A stretch of 64,000 nt of DNA from Ophelia neglecta (taxonomy: Eukaryota), in contig OZ260663.1 of the NCBI GenBank assembly GCA_965285935.1, positions 22,444,001 to 22,508,000 on the forward strand. Reading direction: 5' to 3'. Numbering within the stretch: the stretch's first letter is position 1; every line of letters starts with the position of its first letter. Made by a program: the position numbers and the translations under genes. Below the pieces are notes generated by a model, which saw only the letters and a program-made list of their open reading frames with translations, made no database searches and had not been told where the DNA came from. Shown one piece after another: positions 61,050 to 64,000 of the stretch.

Positions 61050-64000
61050 CACAGCCCGGCGACAACGTCCAAGTTTTACTTTATCTGGGTGTATCCAGGT
61101 TATTAATTAGATTGTGAGTACAATAAATATACTCATGCATCATGTTTTTTTTGTCTTATATCAGCCATGTTTTGGCAGTAATGCACCGAGTACAAAAAGG
61201 AGTGCACTTGCAGTACTGTGAAGTCTATTTAGGCTCAGAAAAGCATTATCTTTACAATATTTATTAACATGAAAAAACCTTAGCCAGGTTTCAAGCACTG
61301 TTCAGAATCTCAACAGATCCATAAACAATATAAGAACTTGTTATTCAATACTTCTGTTCATGTTGAAAGATTACGAACTGTTTGCTACAAAGCTGTACAC
61401 AGATCTAGTAGTATATTTCTAAGCTAGGAGATAAATGGTAGAAGCGATGGGTCAAAGGTCCAGTTTCCACGGGTGTTTCACCCCAGCTCAGTATATTGAC
61501 CATATGGTGAATACCACACACTGCCTGCACTGCCTCAACATCGGAAGGGTTAGAACAGTGTACACACACTGGTATAATGGTCAGGTAGGCATGGCAAGCT
61601 TCCAACAATCTCCGATTCACTGGCGCCATGCTTGTCGGAGATCCCATCACATGTCGAGACTCCACTTAAACATGGGGCAGGGGGGGGGGGGGGCCTCCAG
61701 CAAGAGTGTGGGATAGAGCTAGACTAGATCTATGACTAGTACAAATAGAAAATAGTCCACTGTATGATCAGCTACTGGCAGTTTAAGACAGGGATTTGAA
61801 GGAGCAGGCAGGGAAGGGGTTAAGGGTGGGGGTGGGGGAGGAAAGCGGGGGAGGAACAGTTTACAATGAACTGAACCAACCAACTTTAGATAATTAATAT
61901 ATCCTGAACAAATTTGCGTAGGCAACAGTTTGTGGCTTGGAAGGCTGCATCAATCACACTGAGCAAACCACTTAAAACAGCCGTTTAATTGATGAGTTAT
62001 TTGCACCTTTTGGTCACATAAATCACGCAACAACCTCGCTGTCTGATAGAATAACATATCCACAACCAACTAGATATTACCAATCTACATGGCGAGGCTG
62101 ATAAGAACTGAGACTAGGTGGTTTAATCCTGGGACTTATCAATAAGCAACATACGAAAAACTTTAATCTTCTAGACCGGCAAAACCAAACGCAAAACAAA
62201 ATGGGCACCAGATTAGCCATCTTGTGTTTACTTGGCCTGCGATAATTCCTATCATTTTCCAATACGTAAACCTGGAAGCAATCGCACACCCTTGCAAATG
62301 ACTAACACGACCGCCCAGCCAGCCTGAATTATCAACCAATTAAGCTCTCTGACATGCAAACTGACATGTAGCCATTTCATAAAAGGCTTAGAAACAATAC
62401 TACTTAACAAGTCAATGTTGTCATTGTGACATTAAGAATTACATACAGTACAAGCACTTCAAACCACCTGCATCCTATAATACTTGTGCATACAACACAC
62501 ATCATTCCCGTTGTATGTCATATCCACCTTTACATTTAAACCAAGAAACAGGGACACCATTTTCAGCTCCTAGCTGGAGAGACATATATGCCAATCATGT
62601 ATGGATTCTAGTTCTACAGCGTGCTGTATAAGTAGCCATCGACATGCACAGAGGTCAGCGTTGCTAGGTCAGGCTCCAGAGGTGGCTGACCTCTGGTGGA
62701 CCAGTCTCAGTAAGGAATGTAAGGCCCTCACCTGCCTGGTTTCACGGGACAGTGTGATGAATTGGCAGGTAAATCTAAACCGATATATCACCCTACAGTA
62801 TGTGTACCGAGACCACTGTCAGCAAACGGAAATGTAAACTGGACATATTTTTAAGTTTAAGTCATACTAGTACTTAGTATAAACACAAAGCACATGTACG
62901 AGATTTGATTCAGTAAACATGCTGTATTTGAGCCTGCATGAAACAGTAAATTCAGCATATTTTACCACACTGATCTGATACTAAGCTAGCATAATAAAGT
63001 GTTAGAGACAACCCATCTTACAATCTTTGAGTAAATATTGTCATTGTTACCAAATTTGCGTTTCAATGATCAGGGTTTTTTTCTCGAATATTTTTTATTT
63101 GTTTGGTCCTGCACTCCAATAATGACTTATCAGGTACAAACAAAATGCTCTATCTAGGATTATTCTACCTTTCCTACGATTTTCACATTACTCCTAAACT
63201 CAAATGACTATACCAACTTGCGGTAAAACGACCATGTCAAGCATAATTCGCATACTACTTCAAATCAGGCGGAGAAATAACAAACTCGTGAGAAGCTCAT
63301 CGAAATATTAAGTCATTGAGCGACCATATCGACTTGCAATGATGCATGACAAATTGATGTATATTTATGGAGTTTTCGAAGACAAGATTGCTACAGGCCA
63401 AAGGTGGACGACTTATTGGCGACATAGTTGTATCACTTGACCCTTATGTCGGGGATAGAGAAGACTGAGCCGCCGATATTTATGAAACAGTAAGGAGCGG
63501 GTTTATGGTACTTATGTGCGTCTAAAGTATGCCGAGGTTGTGTACCGAATGCCATAACCAAACAGCGTTTGGCTCTTCTCTGGCAAACGCTAAGCATTGA
63601 CACGTACTACAAACACCAGACCAGAACTGGGGCTGGCACTTCACCGCACACAGCTACTCCAGCACAATATTGTCCTTTGTAGTATCTCAGCCTCGCTTAC
63701 CATAAAATCGCCCGCCCGAGACCAATATTGCCCGGAATATCATAGGGAGCAATATGCACCCCACCTTGGGTAAGGACACCGGCAAAGTCACATGCAATCA
63801 GCTGCTACCCATAAACTTGTAAACAAAATAGCACTACAATTGTACAGGCCACTAGTAAATCAATCGTTATTAGTGACGAGTACTTGTGGCCCAGCCCACT
63901 GGGGCATGTACCAGATTCCGGACTTAGGTGTTAATCTCTCAAGGGATTCAACAACTTGTAGAAATCAACATCAAGCTCTTTGTATACTGTATGTACATGT

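Larger units (their letters stand above)
34484..64000 (-). other. Large last intron of the I-Smad gene (>29.5 kb, continues beyond window)
   Basis: Acceptor at 34484. No exon encoding MH1, the PPxY motif or the ETGG linker was found upstream in the window. The last intron is also the longest in vertebrate SMAD6/SMAD7. A small missed exon cannot be excluded. Confidence 0.65.

Noticed and set aside
61405-61665. ORF containing PVETGP as a possible Smad linker exon
   Set aside because: No suitable splice donor or acceptor around the motif, and the remaining sequence is unlike I-Smad linkers.
1-64000. tRNA, rRNA, snRNA or known miRNA hairpin genes
   Set aside because: None recognised by eye; a covariance-model search (Infernal/Rfam, tRNAscan-SE) would be needed to exclude them.

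Overview
Animal (invertebrate bilaterian, probably spiralian; taxon not provable from this window) nuclear DNA with one protein-coding exon I can support. It is the terminal, MH2-encoding exon of an inhibitory Smad (Smad6/7 class, closest to SMAD6 at the C-terminus) on the minus strand at 33960-34483. It is followed by an inferred ~3.5-kb 3'UTR (AATAAA at 32504 and 30500). Upstream lies an intron of more than 29.5 kb that runs off the right edge, and no MH1 or PY-motif exons were found. The left ~30 kb is gene-free and contains MITE-like elements, an L2 LINE remnant, a SINE fragment and minisatellites. Almost all other listed ORFs are repeat or low-complexity artefacts. Main non-obvious signals: (1) several BMP-Smad composite elements (GC-box-N5-GTCT) on both sides of the exon, suggesting a distributed feedback-enhancer landscape; (2) a candidate intronic ATG micro-exon (MFTVYRD, phase 1) that would splice in frame to give an MH2-only I-Smad, ~500 bp downstream of a Smad-site cluster; (3) a strongly over-represented GCAGACGAC motif; (4) spatial partitioning of two TA-flanked palindromes (TAGGCCTA intergenic, TACATGTA intronic) that look like transposon excision footprints. 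All counts were made by eye, expected values are rough hand estimates, and regulatory calls are inferences.
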